55,062 nucleotides of DNA, from IMG/VR virus record IMGVR_UViG_3300012156_000001, positions 1 to 55,062 of that record; one strand, given 5' to 3'. The position numbers and the translations under genes are program-made. Under the pieces are notes generated by a model. The model was given only the letters and a program-made list of their open reading frames with translations. It had not been told where the DNA came from and searched no databases. This stretch comes from a virus. Shown one piece after another: positions 26,042 to 36,786 of the stretch. The stretch's first letter is position 1. The number at the start of each line of letters is the position of its first letter.

Positions 26042-26488
26042 TTGTACGAGATCATGGCAACCAGCGTCACTAGCGGACTTGTAATAGCCCTGGGCGAGGC
26101 ATTCCCTAATATAATGCGGTTTCGGGAAACAGCGCCGGTTCAGCTGCTTGCATACCCGCATTTTTTCATTCAGCAACTCACACTTGATATACAACCGGAA
26201 CGCCGCAATCACTGGATGGTTTCTTATTTTGTGACAATTCGTTATCATGTCGCTGCCGACCCAAGTAGCGTCAACCTTTTGCAGCAGCAACTTGACGATA
26301 TAAGCATTCGGTTGCTGTCGGATTTGGAGTATATCACGTGGAACGGCATGCCAGTGCGATTGACTGGCCGGAGGACGGAAAAGGTCGACGGCGTACTCCA
26401 TTTTTTCTGCAATGTATCCGTTATGGCGACGAAGCCGGTTGAACTCGGGCCATTGCAGGAACAGATTGAATCAAATATCACGGTTTAG
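26042..26488 (+). CDS. tail completion / DUF3168-like protein
   Basis: Position before sheath; TTG start after GGGGGTG. Confidence 0.4.
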   Translation: MYEIMATSVTSGLVIALGEAFPNIMRFRETAPVQLLAYPHFFIQQLTLDIQPERRNHWMVSYFVTIRYHVAADPSSVNLLQQQLDDISIRLLSDLEYITWNGMPVRLTGRRTEKVDGVLHFFCNVSVMATKPVELGPLQEQIESNITV

Positions 26489-26546
26489 CGCGCGTCTGCC
26501 AATCGAGGCGGGCGCATTTATTATGTAAATATTAAGGAGGTAACAC

Positions 26547-27872
26547 ATGGGTGGCAGATGGATCAGCCAAAATAAGGTCAGGCCCGGGGCATACATTAAT
26601 TTCAATGCCGTTTCAGCCCCGACTATGCAGGTTGGGGATAGAGGAATAGGCACATTGGCCATACCGCTTTCGTGGGGGCCAGAAAATACTCTTATAGAAG
26701 TGTACAGCACCGATCTATCGGATGGCAGTAGCCTGTCAAAAGTAGGATTTACGGCCTTTGATGTTCCGCCGTCGAACCCGTTGAGATTGATGCTGTCTAA
26801 TTGCTACTTAGCAAGAGTTTATAGGCTTGATAGCGGCGGTGTGAGGGCAACGGCAACACAGGGAAGCTTGACGGCAATAGCAAAGTATCCCGGAACCAAA
26901 GGTAACATGATTACTATAGTCATAACCGAATCCGATGGCCTTTTTACGGTCACAACTTACGTTGATGGAGCAAGCCGGGACGCACAAACAGCTTCCACGG
27001 TGCAGGAACTCGTAAACAATGATTATGTGGAATTCAGCGGATTCGGCGCGCTGGCCATAAATGCCGGCATTACCCTATCGGGCGGCACAAATGGCACAGT
27101 AACACCAGCGACGGCTTACCCGGCATACCTGGCATTAGCACGCAAGGCGCGCTGGCAGACAATGGCACTGACACAGAATAACGATACTTTTGCCGCACAG
27201 TTCGCCAAGTTTGCGGAGGAAATGCGCGACACAGAGGGCAAGTACGTCCAGGTTGTTGTTGCAAATTACGACGCAGCTGATTACCACGGCGTTATCAATT
27301 CCGATTGCGGTGTAATGATGGGCGACGTCGAAGTAACTGCCGAAGAGGCTACTGCGTGGGTTGCCGGAATTACCGCCGGGGCATCCGTGACGCAATCCAA
27401 TGTTGCCAAGGCATTTACCGGCGCTACTCGAATTTTGAACGAGCGCACTAATTCTGAAATCATCGAGGCCTTGCAGTCAGGCAAGTTTATTTTGTCGGTG
27501 AATACAAGTGGCAGCATTGTGGTTGAAGACGATATTAACAGTCTGCGTACATACACAGATAAATTGTCAGAATATTTTCGGCTCAACCAGATTATCAGGG
27601 TAATTGACGAAATCGGAACAAGCGCCAGCACGATCTGGGAAACGTCATTTAAGGGAATAGTGCAGAATAATGCAGACGGCAGGGGTATATTCCGAGCCAT
27701 GCTGCTGACATACTTCGGCGAATTGCAAACCCTTGGAGCGATTGAGAACTTTGACGGCGCAGTTGATGTTACGGTAACAGCTGGAGAGAAAAAGGATGCA
27801 GTTCTTGTCGGCGTCAATGTGCAGCCGGTAGCGGCAATGAGCAAGCTCTACATGGAAGTTTTTGTCAAATAA
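26547..27872 (+). CDS. contractile tail sheath protein (XkdK-like)
   Basis: N-terminal GGRWISQNKVRPGAYINF; 441 aa; followed by tube gene. Confidence 0.85.
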   Translation: MGGRWISQNKVRPGAYINFNAVSAPTMQVGDRGIGTLAIPLSWGPENTLIEVYSTDLSDGSSLSKVGFTAFDVPPSNPLRLMLSNCYLARVYRLDSGGVRATATQGSLTAIAKYPGTKGNMITIVITESDGLFTVTTYVDGASRDAQTASTVQELVNNDYVEFSGFGALAINAGITLSGGTNGTVTPATAYPAYLALARKARWQTMALTQNNDTFAAQFAKFAEEMRDTEGKYVQVVVANYDAADYHGVINSDCGVMMGDVEVTAEEATAWVAGITAGASVTQSNVAKAFTGATRILNERTNSEIIEALQSGKFILSVNTSGSIVVEDDINSLRTYTDKLSEYFRLNQIIRVIDEIGTSASTIWETSFKGIVQNNADGRGIFRAMLLTYFGELQTLGAIENFDGAVDVTVTAGEKKDAVLVGVNVQPVAAMSKLYMEVFVK

Positions 27873-27934
27873 ACATTATTTAAGCGCCTGTTTTTAAGTG
27901 GGCGCTTTCTTATGCTCGAAAAGGAGGAATATAA

Positions 27935-28399
27935 ATGCTATCACATGATTCAAGCCCGGTTGAGGGGCGGCGGGGAATAATCACGGCAGTTATCGACGGC
28001 AGAGTCGAGGAACTTGCTGAAATTAAAAATATCACTGCCAATATTTCAAAAAACAAAACCGCATGGAGAGCTATGGGCGATTCGGCGGATAGGCACAAAT
28101 CTGCCGGATGGACGGGGACTGGAAGTTTTACGTATCATTGGGTTACGAGTCGTTGGTCAAAGATGCTTATTGATTTTGCCAGAACAGGCAGAGATGTGTA
28201 TTTCACAATGGTTATTGTTAATGACGATCCAGGGAGCAGCGCGGGCAGGAATTCTGTTCAGCTGGAGCAATGTAATATTGACGGTGGCGATATAGCCATG
28301 CTTGATGTCGATACAGATATGCTCGAAGGTTCGTGCGATTATACTTTCAGCGGCGTTAATGACTTAGAGGCATTTAACGCTTTGTTCCCGGCAGCATAG
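27935..28399 (+). CDS. tail tube protein (XkdM-like)
   Basis: RHKSAGWTGTGSFTYHWVTS pattern; position. Confidence 0.8.
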   Translation: MLSHDSSPVEGRRGIITAVIDGRVEELAEIKNITANISKNKTAWRAMGDSADRHKSAGWTGTGSFTYHWVTSRWSKMLIDFARTGRDVYFTMVIVNDDPGSSAGRNSVQLEQCNIDGGDIAMLDVDTDMLEGSCDYTFSGVNDLEAFNALFPAA

Positions 28400-28415
28400 A
28401 AAAGGAGAAAAAAAA

Positions 28416-28814
28416 ATGAGTAAATTACAGGATTTATTATCCTTACCGGATGTATCAGAGTTTACCGAAGAGGTGTATGTCAGTGAAAGATTGGGAACGT
28501 TTATCGTCAGGCCAATGAGTGAAAAAGAGTGGTCTACTTATCGCACCAGGAGCCAGGGAAAGATTAATAAAAGAGGTGCAGACTTCGATAGTAGCAAATT
28601 CAATTTGCTGATTATAACCGGACATGTCATTGAGCCGAATCTCGCAGATGCAGAATTTCTTTCCAAAGCAAAATGCGCGACGGTAGCCGATTTTGTTACG
28701 AAAAAATTCTTAGCAGGTGAAGTGCAGGCATTGTCCGATGGAATTGTTCGGGCCAGCGGATTCGACGCAGAAGAAAACGATATTAACGACGAAATTAAAG
28801 AAGTAAAAAACTAA
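28416..28814 (+). CDS. tail assembly chaperone (XkdN-like)
   Basis: Position between tube and tape measure; ends in slippery A AAA AAC. Confidence 0.75.
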   Translation: MSKLQDLLSLPDVSEFTEEVYVSERLGTFIVRPMSEKEWSTYRTRSQGKINKRGADFDSSKFNLLIITGHVIEPNLADAEFLSKAKCATVADFVTKKFLAGEVQALSDGIVRASGFDAEENDINDEIKEVKN

Positions 28815-29002
28815 TCATGGAAGACGGGGAAATGGCGGCTTGTCAATATGCCGTATTGAACATGGGATACAAGCCGTCAGAGTTCGCCAATCTTCCACGA
28901 GCAGAAAAAGTATTCGTGATTGCGTGTATTGAAAACAAAATTGATGCAGAGAAAAAGCGGCTGGCAGAAATAAAATCAAGGCCAAAGAAGAGGGGCAGGT
29001 GA
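28805..29002 (+). CDS. -1 frameshift extension of the tail assembly chaperone
   Basis: Heptamer A_AAA_AAC 28805-11. The -1 frame stays open to 29002, just before the tape measure start. Confidence 0.6.
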   Translation, partial: KKLIMEDGEMAACQYAVLNMGYKPSEFANLPRAEKVFVIACIENKIDAEKKRLAEIKSRPKKRGR

Positions 29003-29008
29003 TGATCA

Positions 29009-30988
29009 ATGTCTACAATTAGCAGCACGCTTGCATTGCAGGACAAAATATCAAAACCTATGCAGAGCATAGTAAAAGCCATGAATAGCACTCTTGTTGT
29101 CATACGCAGCATTAAAGGCGCGGAGCTCGGTCCAGAATTCGCACAGGCGGCTGCTGATGCCAAACTTGCGACAGCGGCGATTGATCAAATGAATCAGAGT
29201 CTCAACGAGGTCAAAAATAATAAGGGATTCGAAAGCCAGGAAGGACAGATAACAGCTTTTAACGCAGCGCTGGAAGTATCGCGCAAAGGGTTGGCGCTTG
29301 TCAAATCGGGAATTAATGAGATTGGCAAATTAACAGGCTTGTATGATGTTCAGAAACAGGCTGAAACTTCCCTCGCAGTCGTTTTAGCCAACCAGGGCGT
29401 AGCGTTTGAAGATTACAAATCTATCCTCGAAGAAGCATCTGCGATACAGGCAAAAACCACTATCGGCGACGAAACAATGATTGCTGGACTAGCAGAGCTG
29501 GCGACTTATATATCGGACACAGAAGCCCTAACTGCACTTATGCCTACATTTGCGGATTTTGCCATAGGTATGAACGAGGGAGCGCCAGAGCTTGGAACAC
29601 AAGCAGCGGTTTCTTATGCCACAGCATTGGGCAAAGCGCTCCAAGGACAGTACGAAGGACTTACGAAAAAGGGATTTATAGTATCTGAATCCCAAAAAGC
29701 AGTTCTCGCACTACAGGACGACAGTGTAAAGTCCTTGAAGACTTTAGACAAACAAACCAGGGCTTACGTGGAAAGTGTAGGTCTTGAAGCTGCCAAGGTA
29801 GCTATAGTTGCCGAAGTAACAACGGAAACATGGGGCGGTTTAGCAGAAGCGATTGCTGGAACCGATGCTGGAAAGATTATCCAAATGAATAACGCCACGG
29901 GTGACTTAAAAGAAACTATAGGCGGCGAATTGTATCCATACGTGCTTCAATTCAAGGAATTATTAACATCCGCATTGAATCCAGCCCTTGAAGCTATTGC
30001 AGAGCACATGGATGTGATTGCACCGATCGCAATCGTACTTGCGGCAACGCTAGGTACACTGGCGGTAATAATCGGAGTGGTTACAGTGGCGCAGTGGTTA
30101 TGGAATACTGCTATTTTAGCTAATCCCTTGACATGGATAATAGTAGGCATTGTTGCTGTAGTTGCGGCGATAGCCGTGTGGATAAACTCGATGGGGGGAG
30201 TTCGGGCTGCATGGGAAACAGTAGTCGATGCGGTTCTTTCTGCCAGTGACAAGGCTAATCTCGGGTTCAAGACCGGCGTTTATGCCGTGCTGAATCTTTG
30301 GGATAAAATGAGTTTGGGAATGTCAAAGGCAGGGGCCGCAATAGCCGGATATATGGGTGACATGAAGGTAAACGTACTTACTATTTTGCAAAACATGGTT
30401 AATGGCGCTATTGACATTATTAATAAGTTTATCGGTGCCCTGGGAAGTATTCCGGGGGTAAGCATCGAAGCAATAGAACACGTTACTTTTGCTGCCACTG
30501 CCGCAGCGGAAAATGAAGCGGCAAAACAGGGAAGAGCGGCCGATATCGCAACAGCCGAAGCAGATATGATTTGGAATCAGCTGAAACGGCAGGAAGCTAT
30601 AGACACAATGGCTGCCGAAGCTCGTGCAGCGCATTCTGCGCGTCAGGCCAATATAGCAGAGCTTAGGGCGACTGGCGACAATGGCGATCTTATTGAGGGG
30701 ATTTTTAAATCGGCTTCCGGTGTTGAAAGTGCGCTCGGTGATGTAACTTCCGGATCGGGTGGTGGAAAAGCACTCAAGACCACCGGCGAAGTCAAGATTT
30801 CCGGCGAAGACATTAAACTATTGATGGATTTGGCAACCATCGATTACCAGGTAACCTATCAGACATTAACGCCACAGCTGTCTTTGAATATTGGCACAGT
30901 CAGGGAAACAGCTGACGTTAATTCTATTGTCGAAGAGATAGCGGCAGTGCTTGAAGAAGCTGCGGATTCGAGGGTGGTGCTGGCATGA
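29009..30988 (+). CDS. tape measure protein
   Basis: 659 aa, Ala-rich helical, central hydrophobic segments, position. Confidence 0.85.
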   Translation: MSTISSTLALQDKISKPMQSIVKAMNSTLVVIRSIKGAELGPEFAQAAADAKLATAAIDQMNQSLNEVKNNKGFESQEGQITAFNAALEVSRKGLALVKSGINEIGKLTGLYDVQKQAETSLAVVLANQGVAFEDYKSILEEASAIQAKTTIGDETMIAGLAELATYISDTEALTALMPTFADFAIGMNEGAPELGTQAAVSYATALGKALQGQYEGLTKKGFIVSESQKAVLALQDDSVKSLKTLDKQTRAYVESVGLEAAKVAIVAEVTTETWGGLAEAIAGTDAGKIIQMNNATGDLKETIGGELYPYVLQFKELLTSALNPALEAIAEHMDVIAPIAIVLAATLGTLAVIIGVVTVAQWLWNTAILANPLTWIIVGIVAVVAAIAVWINSMGGVRAAWETVVDAVLSASDKANLGFKTGVYAVLNLWDKMSLGMSKAGAAIAGYMGDMKVNVLTILQNMVNGAIDIINKFIGALGSIPGVSIEAIEHVTFAATAAAENEAAKQGRAADIATAEADMIWNQLKRQEAIDTMAAEARAAHSARQANIAELRATGDNGDLIEGIFKSASGVESALGDVTSGSGGGKALKTTGEVKISGEDIKLLMDLATIDYQVTYQTLTPQLSLNIGTVRETADVNSIVEEIAAVLEEAADSRVVLA

Positions 30989-31614
30989 TAGATATCATTA
31001 TTGAAACAAGTGACGGCGATTACGAGTTACCGATCGCGCCGGAAGAAATCGAAATGTCAATACCCGGGAACAACGAGATAGTTAATATTATCGGTACCGG
31101 CGAGGTTGTAATTCCGCGCAAGCCGGGCCTTGCCACCTTTGTGATCGAAAGTTTTATCGAAGATGATGGCGACGAATTTATCAAATTCATCGAAGACTGG
31201 CGGGATTCCGAGCGGGCCGGGGAATTCACGGCGAGTGACATTGACATTAACATGGACGTGGTTGTCGACGACTTTAAACATGCTCGCAAGGCGGGAGAAG
31301 AACACAGAGTATACTACACCCTGTCGTTGTCGGAATACCGCCCTTATGGCGCTAAAATCATCGTCGTGCAAGCGGTGGAGGAGACTACCAGCGCGACGGT
31401 GCCAGAAGAACCGAGAAAAGACAACACCGAATCAGTACCGCAGACCTACACGGTCAAAAGCGGTGACAATTTATGGGCAATAACAAGGCGGCTGTCCGGG
31501 AACGGCGCGAACTGGCCGGAGTTGTATGCGGCGAATAAGGCGGTGGTTGGTAGTAATCCGAATCTTATTTATCCCGGACAAGTCTACGTGATTCCGCAAG
31601 GGTGGGTGACTTAA
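30985..31614 (+). CDS. LysM-domain tail protein (XkdP-like)
   Basis: YTVKSGDNLWAITRRLSGNGANWPELYAANKAVVGSNPNLIYPGQVYVIP is a LysM domain. Confidence 0.85.
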   Translation: MIDIIIETSDGDYELPIAPEEIEMSIPGNNEIVNIIGTGEVVIPRKPGLATFVIESFIEDDGDEFIKFIEDWRDSERAGEFTASDIDINMDVVVDDFKHARKAGEEHRVYYTLSLSEYRPYGAKIIVVQAVEETTSATVPEEPRKDNTESVPQTYTVKSGDNLWAITRRLSGNGANWPELYAANKAVVGSNPNLIYPGQVYVIPQGWVT

Positions 31615-32630
31615 TGCAATACACTATTCAATGCCAAAATACATTGACCGGCACGATGTACGATATTACAACCTTGGTGGATTCCGTAACGCACGACACA
31701 TTTATCAGTGGGCAGCCGGGAAAGTGCACGTTTACGGTGCGCGACGATCCGGGCAACCGACTGCAAATCGTCAATGGCAGTATCATTAAATTTTCCGTCA
31801 ATGGCCGGGGCATATTTTACGGCTATGTATTTTCGATGGAAACCTCCAGAGATGGCGACAACAAAATAACTGCCTATGACCAGATTCGGTATCTGCAAAA
31901 CAAAGAAGTCTATGTTACCGAGGGTGTGACCGCCAGCCAGATATTTGAGCTGGTTTGCAGTGAGAACTTCGGCGAATCTGCCGGGCGTAAAACTGAATCA
32001 CGGTATAAGGTCGTTACGCCGTCAGTGTGGATTCCGGAATACAAGATACACAATGGCACGCTGTACGAGGTCATTCAGTACGGTATTGAGCAGTCAATCG
32101 TTCATGAGGTCGGGAAGTATTACTTCATCCGTGATAATTTCGGCACGCTCGAATTTACGGAGCTGGCACAGTGCAAGACAAATTATATTATTGGCGACGG
32201 CTCATTGCTGACGGACTACACATACAAGCTCAGCATTGACAAGGATGTCTACAACCGAATCAAGATAACGCGGACTGACAAAGATGTCGGAAGAATAATC
32301 TCCCACGTGTCACCCTACACGGAATCACAAAAGCAATGGGGTGTGTTGCAGATGGTCGAAGAAATCGACACGCCGATGACCGTCGAGCAAATGACGGATT
32401 TAGCCGCCAAATACCTAAAAAGATATAACAGAGAAGCGCAGACCTTGAAACTAAATGCGCTTGGCGTGCCGGAACTGATCGCCGGTAGCGGATTTACACT
32501 GTCGATCGCCAAGCTGGGCATCAAACAGGATATGTGGATAGTATCGGCATCACACAACTACCAGCAGGGGCTTCACACGATGCAGCTGGAGGTTTCTATA
32601 GCAGGAGGTGTATATGGGAATATCAGCTAA
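31614..32630 (+). CDS. baseplate hub / XkdQ-like protein
   Basis: Synteny with PBSX xkdP-xkdQ-xkdR-xkdS-xkdT-xkdU. Confidence 0.6.
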   Translation: MQYTIQCQNTLTGTMYDITTLVDSVTHDTFISGQPGKCTFTVRDDPGNRLQIVNGSIIKFSVNGRGIFYGYVFSMETSRDGDNKITAYDQIRYLQNKEVYVTEGVTASQIFELVCSENFGESAGRKTESRYKVVTPSVWIPEYKIHNGTLYEVIQYGIEQSIVHEVGKYYFIRDNFGTLEFTELAQCKTNYIIGDGSLLTDYTYKLSIDKDVYNRIKITRTDKDVGRIISHVSPYTESQKQWGVLQMVEEIDTPMTVEQMTDLAAKYLKRYNREAQTLKLNALGVPELIAGSGFTLSIAKLGIKQDMWIVSASHNYQQGLHTMQLEVSIAGGVYGNIS

Positions 32631-32934
32631 CAGGTTGGCCGGAGTGGTAACAAGGATTGGCAATGACAGCGCGAGCGTGATACGGTCGGAGATATTCGAC
32701 GGAACCGTTGCCAGTGTATCACCGCTACGAATCATGATCATGGCATCGGAAAGCCGAGAATTGCCACTACCGGCGGGCGCGCTTGTCCTGTCTCCACTTT
32801 GCAAAGCGAAAACAATCACAGTCGCCGGGGAAACCGTTCGGTTGTGGGGCGATCTTGCGGTCGGGGAAAAGGTGACTCTGATGTCATTTAATGCTGGTCA
32901 GCGCTATTTTGTCGAAAGGAGCGTGCTGAAATGA
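32614..32934 (+). CDS. DUF2577 (XkdR-like) baseplate protein
   Basis: GTVASVSPLRIMI...LPLPAGALVLS pattern; synteny. Confidence 0.6.
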   Translation: MGISANRLAGVVTRIGNDSASVIRSEIFDGTVASVSPLRIMIMASESRELPLPAGALVLSPLCKAKTITVAGETVRLWGDLAVGEKVTLMSFNAGQRYFVERSVLK

Positions 32935-33335
32935 TACCGCAGGTGAGCGGAGTCACAATAGATCAAATCAACGTAGTTCAATACCCGACATTCACGTACC
33001 GCGTCACTGATAATCAGATTTCCGGCAATGTGGACGGAATCGAAGCGATACAACAGGCGGTATATCATATTCTGTCAACGGAGCGCTATGCGTATCCGAT
33101 CTACAGCGATAATCGCGGGGTTGAGTTTAAAAAATATATCGGCAGGCCGTTCTCCTTTTTGCGTGATACAATCCAAAAAACATTAAGAGACGCGCTTTTG
33201 CAGGACGACCGAATTACGGCGGTTTCGGTCACAAATGTAAGCCGGACATCAAGAGACGGGGCGCTGATTGAGTTTAAGGTAACAAGCGATAGAGGTACAT
33301 TTGGAAGCGAGGTGACAGTAAGTGGCATCATTTGA
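32931..33335 (+). CDS. DUF2634 (XkdS / gp25-like) baseplate wedge protein
   Basis: EAIQQAVYHILSTERYAYPIYSDNRGVEF pattern. Confidence 0.7.
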   Translation: MIPQVSGVTIDQINVVQYPTFTYRVTDNQISGNVDGIEAIQQAVYHILSTERYAYPIYSDNRGVEFKKYIGRPFSFLRDTIQKTLRDALLQDDRITAVSVTNVSRTSRDGALIEFKVTSDRGTFGSEVTVSGII

Positions 33336-34416
33336 CGAAACATTGACACGGATGCTTGCAAGAGTATCCACAGCACGGGACAAAAGGCAGGGATCAATTA
33401 TATATGACACCCTTGCGCCGGTGGCTGCGGAATTAGCACAGCAAAGTATTGTAGCCACGATTTTTCAAGAACAGGTGTCAATACTGTCCGCTGTCGGCGT
33501 TAATCTGGAAAATCTGGCCGCCAATCATGGTATCACGAGGAATCAGGCAACCAGGGCAATAAGGATCGGCGAAATGGCTGATACGGATGGAAACCCCATT
33601 GATCTGACCATCGGGAGCCGCTTTTCCGTCCCTGCGCTTTCCGGCGGGCAGATTTTTGTGTTAACCGAGTGGTTTGAAGTCACCGGCCGCTGTCTTTTGG
33701 AATGCGAAACCGCCGGTACTGTCGGAAATACATACCTTGGTCCCGTTTTGCCGCTGTTTACGATTAACAATTTAGGTTCCGCTGCCATCACCGGAACATA
33801 TACACCGGGGGAAGACACGGAAACCGACGAGGAATTGAGAAAGCGCATAATTGAAAGAATTAACAATCGTGCATTCGGCGGCAATGTTTCCGATTACAAG
33901 CAGTTCACAACAGCTATCCCGGGTGTCGGGGCAGCCAAAATATTTCCGGTCTGGGACGGCGGTGGCACGGTAATGGTATCCATTATTGATGCGGAATATA
34001 ACCCTGCCACAAGCGAATTCATTGGCGTTGTGCAGACCGCAATAGACCCTATCCCAAACAGCGGAGAAGGGCTTGGAATAGCCCCGATTGGGCACCGGGT
34101 GACGGTTGTAACGCCTGACAAGTTAAGTGTCAATATAACTGCTTCCGTGAATCTGCAAACCGGCTATACGATTGGCCAGTTGCAATCATTGATTGAAGAT
34201 GCATTGTTTGAATACATACTGGAGGTGCGAAAGCAGTGGTCTGATTCCGATGGCTTGTCAATATTTGTCGCACGCATAACATCCGCTATAATCAGTCTGC
34301 CGGGAATCAACAATGTTACAAATGTATTAATCAATGGTTCGCCGACGGATTTATATATTCAGCAATCACCCCTGTCTCAACATTTGCCAGTGCTTGAAAG
34401 TGTGGTGATTAATTAA
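33322..34416 (+). CDS. baseplate J-like protein (XkdT-like)
   Basis: 364 aa; ETDEELRKRI motif; synteny. Confidence 0.8.
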   Translation: MASFDETLTRMLARVSTARDKRQGSIIYDTLAPVAAELAQQSIVATIFQEQVSILSAVGVNLENLAANHGITRNQATRAIRIGEMADTDGNPIDLTIGSRFSVPALSGGQIFVLTEWFEVTGRCLLECETAGTVGNTYLGPVLPLFTINNLGSAAITGTYTPGEDTETDEELRKRIIERINNRAFGGNVSDYKQFTTAIPGVGAAKIFPVWDGGGTVMVSIIDAEYNPATSEFIGVVQTAIDPIPNSGEGLGIAPIGHRVTVVTPDKLSVNITASVNLQTGYTIGQLQSLIEDALFEYILEVRKQWSDSDGLSIFVARITSAIISLPGINNVTNVLINGSPTDLYIQQSPLSQHLPVLESVVIN

Positions 34417-34952
34417 TGTTAAGAGATTTTTATAACCGCATTTACGATGACAACATAGATATTCAAGAAATCATAAACGCGATTCAGCCAGAATTGGACG
34501 CATTGTCGGAATCTGTGGAAAATTCATTCCGTGATGCGTTTCCGGTAATAGCCACAGAACAAGGTGTCTTGCAGTGGGAAAATGCCTTAAGCATAATTTC
34601 CGATCCGCTGACCGAAACGCTTGATTTTAGGCGAGGCCGAATACTGAACAGGCTGATAAGTGATATTCCGTATACAGAAACAGCATTGCGGGATATCATG
34701 AATAATATCATGGGATCTGGCGGCTGGTCTTATGAATTGAATTATCGTGCGCATACATTGAATATCGCCAGTTTGCGGCATGGGAAAAACTGGGTAAACG
34801 AAGTGAAAATAACGATTGATAAGATTATTCCGGCCAATCTGGTGTATACACTCGTTATCAGATACAATCAGCACCAAGCGCTAAGCGATTACACACATGG
34901 ATTTCTGGGGCAATTCACGCATCTTAAAATCAGAGAGGAGGACTTGGGATAA
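34416..34952 (+). CDS. DUF2313 (XkdU-like) tail protein
   Basis: ATEQGVLQWENALSI...FRRGRILNRL pattern. Confidence 0.7.
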   Translation: MLRDFYNRIYDDNIDIQEIINAIQPELDALSESVENSFRDAFPVIATEQGVLQWENALSIISDPLTETLDFRRGRILNRLISDIPYTETALRDIMNNIMGSGGWSYELNYRAHTLNIASLRHGKNWVNEVKITIDKIIPANLVYTLVIRYNQHQALSDYTHGFLGQFTHLKIREEDLG

Positions 34953-35605
34953 TGGCGAGCTTTACGGAAAATTACAATTTGATCAAGCCGGGGCAGGAAG
35001 ACATTTACAATATCGGCGATTTTAACGATAATGCCGATATCATTGATGCAGAATTGAAAGATAGGGTACCGAGAACCGGTGATATTTCCAATACGCAAAT
35101 AGCAACATTTGACACAATCACCGAAGCGTTCCCCGTACCAGCAGCGGGCGAAGCGACAAGAACGATCACTGGCAAAATCCGAAAATTCATTCAAGATTTT
35201 AACAATTTCAAAACCGGCATCCTCACGGTTGGCATGCTGGTTAATAATGCTGTCACTAATAACTCGCAATTGCCAGTTTCGGCAGCGGTGGCCAAGGTAT
35301 TACAGGATCAAGTCACGCAGTTAAATAGTAATTTAGTCAACCACTTAAAGGTAGCACAAGGAGAATCTGGAAGCGTGATTTTGCAACCAGGGATTACAAG
35401 TGCAGTCTATGTCGGATTTGCAGCAAGCACGCTGGAAGGTTATCAAATACTTGGCAGCGTCGGTTATGCGCTAAATCAACCAGATTTACTTATTGCAAAC
35501 ATTGTAACGAGTGGTAATCAGATGCGGTTTGATGTTCAAAATATCGGCACTACAACAAAAACCGTGGTAGTTGTAGCAAAGATTCTTTTAATGAAATCGA
35601 GCTAA
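34952..35605 (+). CDS. tail fibre protein
   Basis: N-terminal FTENYNLIKPGQEDIYNIGDFNDNADIID typical of fibre/collar N-termini. Confidence 0.6.
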   Translation: MASFTENYNLIKPGQEDIYNIGDFNDNADIIDAELKDRVPRTGDISNTQIATFDTITEAFPVPAAGEATRTITGKIRKFIQDFNNFKTGILTVGMLVNNAVTNNSQLPVSAAVAKVLQDQVTQLNSNLVNHLKVAQGESGSVILQPGITSAVYVGFAASTLEGYQILGSVGYALNQPDLLIANIVTSGNQMRFDVQNIGTTTKTVVVVAKILLMKSS

Positions 35606-35660
35606 TCAATGTTCCGCGCAGAAATTCCAAAATATAAAAATCAAGAAAGGAAGCACGGAA

Positions 35661-36365
35661 ATGGAAAGAATCAAAATTGAAAGCAGCATCAAATTGTACG
35701 AAATTAAGAGCATTTATCCGTCAGCGCCAAATATTATGCAAATCATTTTCGCTGACGAAGTTCCGGCAGAATGGGGAAAAATCACACTATATACAGCTGG
35801 CGGCGAAGAGGCAACTACTCTAATCGGATACGAAACGGTATATCGAGACGATGGCCGAACGATATATCTTAGTAACGACGGCAGTATATACCAAGCACCT
35901 ACCGACACACCACAGGAACCGCCGGAACCATACATACCAACCTTACCAGAACGGCGACTATCCAAATTGCAGGAGATAGCAGCGGCTTGTGCTATGGCTA
36001 TTGCAGCTGGCTTTGACGTACAACTGACCGACGGCAACACAGAGCACTACAGCCTGACTGAGACAGACCAAATCAATTTGTCGGCAGCGGTGGCAGCGGT
36101 ACAAGCTGGCGCACTGGCATATCCCTATCACGCAGACGGCGCACTGTGTAAACTATATCAAGCGGCAGATATCATAAGTATCGGCACGGCTGCGACGGAA
36201 CACAAACTATACCACACAACATATTGCAATCACCTCAACGCGTGGATTCGTCGCGCCGAATCATTTGCGGAGCTTGACGCTATCAGCTACGGCGCAGCCT
36301 TGCCGGCCGATTTGGCTGATAGCATGGCTGCCATTATCGCGGCGGTATCCGGAGGAAACGCATGA
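35661..36365 (+). CDS. DUF4376-like fibre-associated protein
   Basis: C-terminal half (LSKLQEIAAACAMAIAAGFDV...YPYHADGALCKLY...) resembles DUF4376. Confidence 0.5.
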   Translation: MERIKIESSIKLYEIKSIYPSAPNIMQIIFADEVPAEWGKITLYTAGGEEATTLIGYETVYRDDGRTIYLSNDGSIYQAPTDTPQEPPEPYIPTLPERRLSKLQEIAAACAMAIAAGFDVQLTDGNTEHYSLTETDQINLSAAVAAVQAGALAYPYHADGALCKLYQAADIISIGTAATEHKLYHTTYCNHLNAWIRRAESFAELDAISYGAALPADLADSMAAIIAAVSGGNA

Positions 36366-36778
36366 AACAGTTAATCAAGTGCTTAACCCTGCTGCTTACC
36401 GGCGGCGGTTTATATGTCATAATTGAATTGATCTGGCGCGGATACAGCCACTGGACCATGTTTGTTCTGGGTGGCATCTGTTTCGTCTGTCTGGGGCTGA
36501 TTAATGAGATCATACCGTGGGAAATGCCACTCTGGCGGCAGGTATTGGTTGGAACCTGTATCGTAACAATCTTAGAGTTTTTGACCGGCTATATTGTTAA
36601 TCTGCGCTTCGGGTGGGCGATATGGGATTACAGCAATATGGCGGGGAATATTCTCGGTCAGGTATGTCCGCAATACATGATACTGTGGATGCCGATATCA
36701 CTGATCGGGATCGTGCTTGATGATTGGCTTCGGTACTGGTGGTTTAGGCAGGAGCGGCCACACTACAAATTGATATGA
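36362..36778 (+). CDS. polytopic membrane protein (PF06541-like)
   Basis: Four hydrophobic segments; followed by terminator. Confidence 0.55.
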   Translation: MKQLIKCLTLLLTGGGLYVIIELIWRGYSHWTMFVLGGICFVCLGLINEIIPWEMPLWRQVLVGTCIVTILEFLTGYIVNLRFGWAIWDYSNMAGNILGQVCPQYMILWMPISLIGIVLDDWLRYWWFRQERPHYKLI

Positions 36779-36786
36779 GCAACAAT

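Noticed and set aside
27281-27844. Long antisense ORFs inside structural genes (27281..27844-, 3366..3881-, 15381..15992-, 46980..47501-, 10271..10684-, 25994..26401- and similar)
   Set aside because: They lie entirely within confidently assigned genes on the opposite strand, lack RBSs, and have the skewed composition typical of shadow ORFs.
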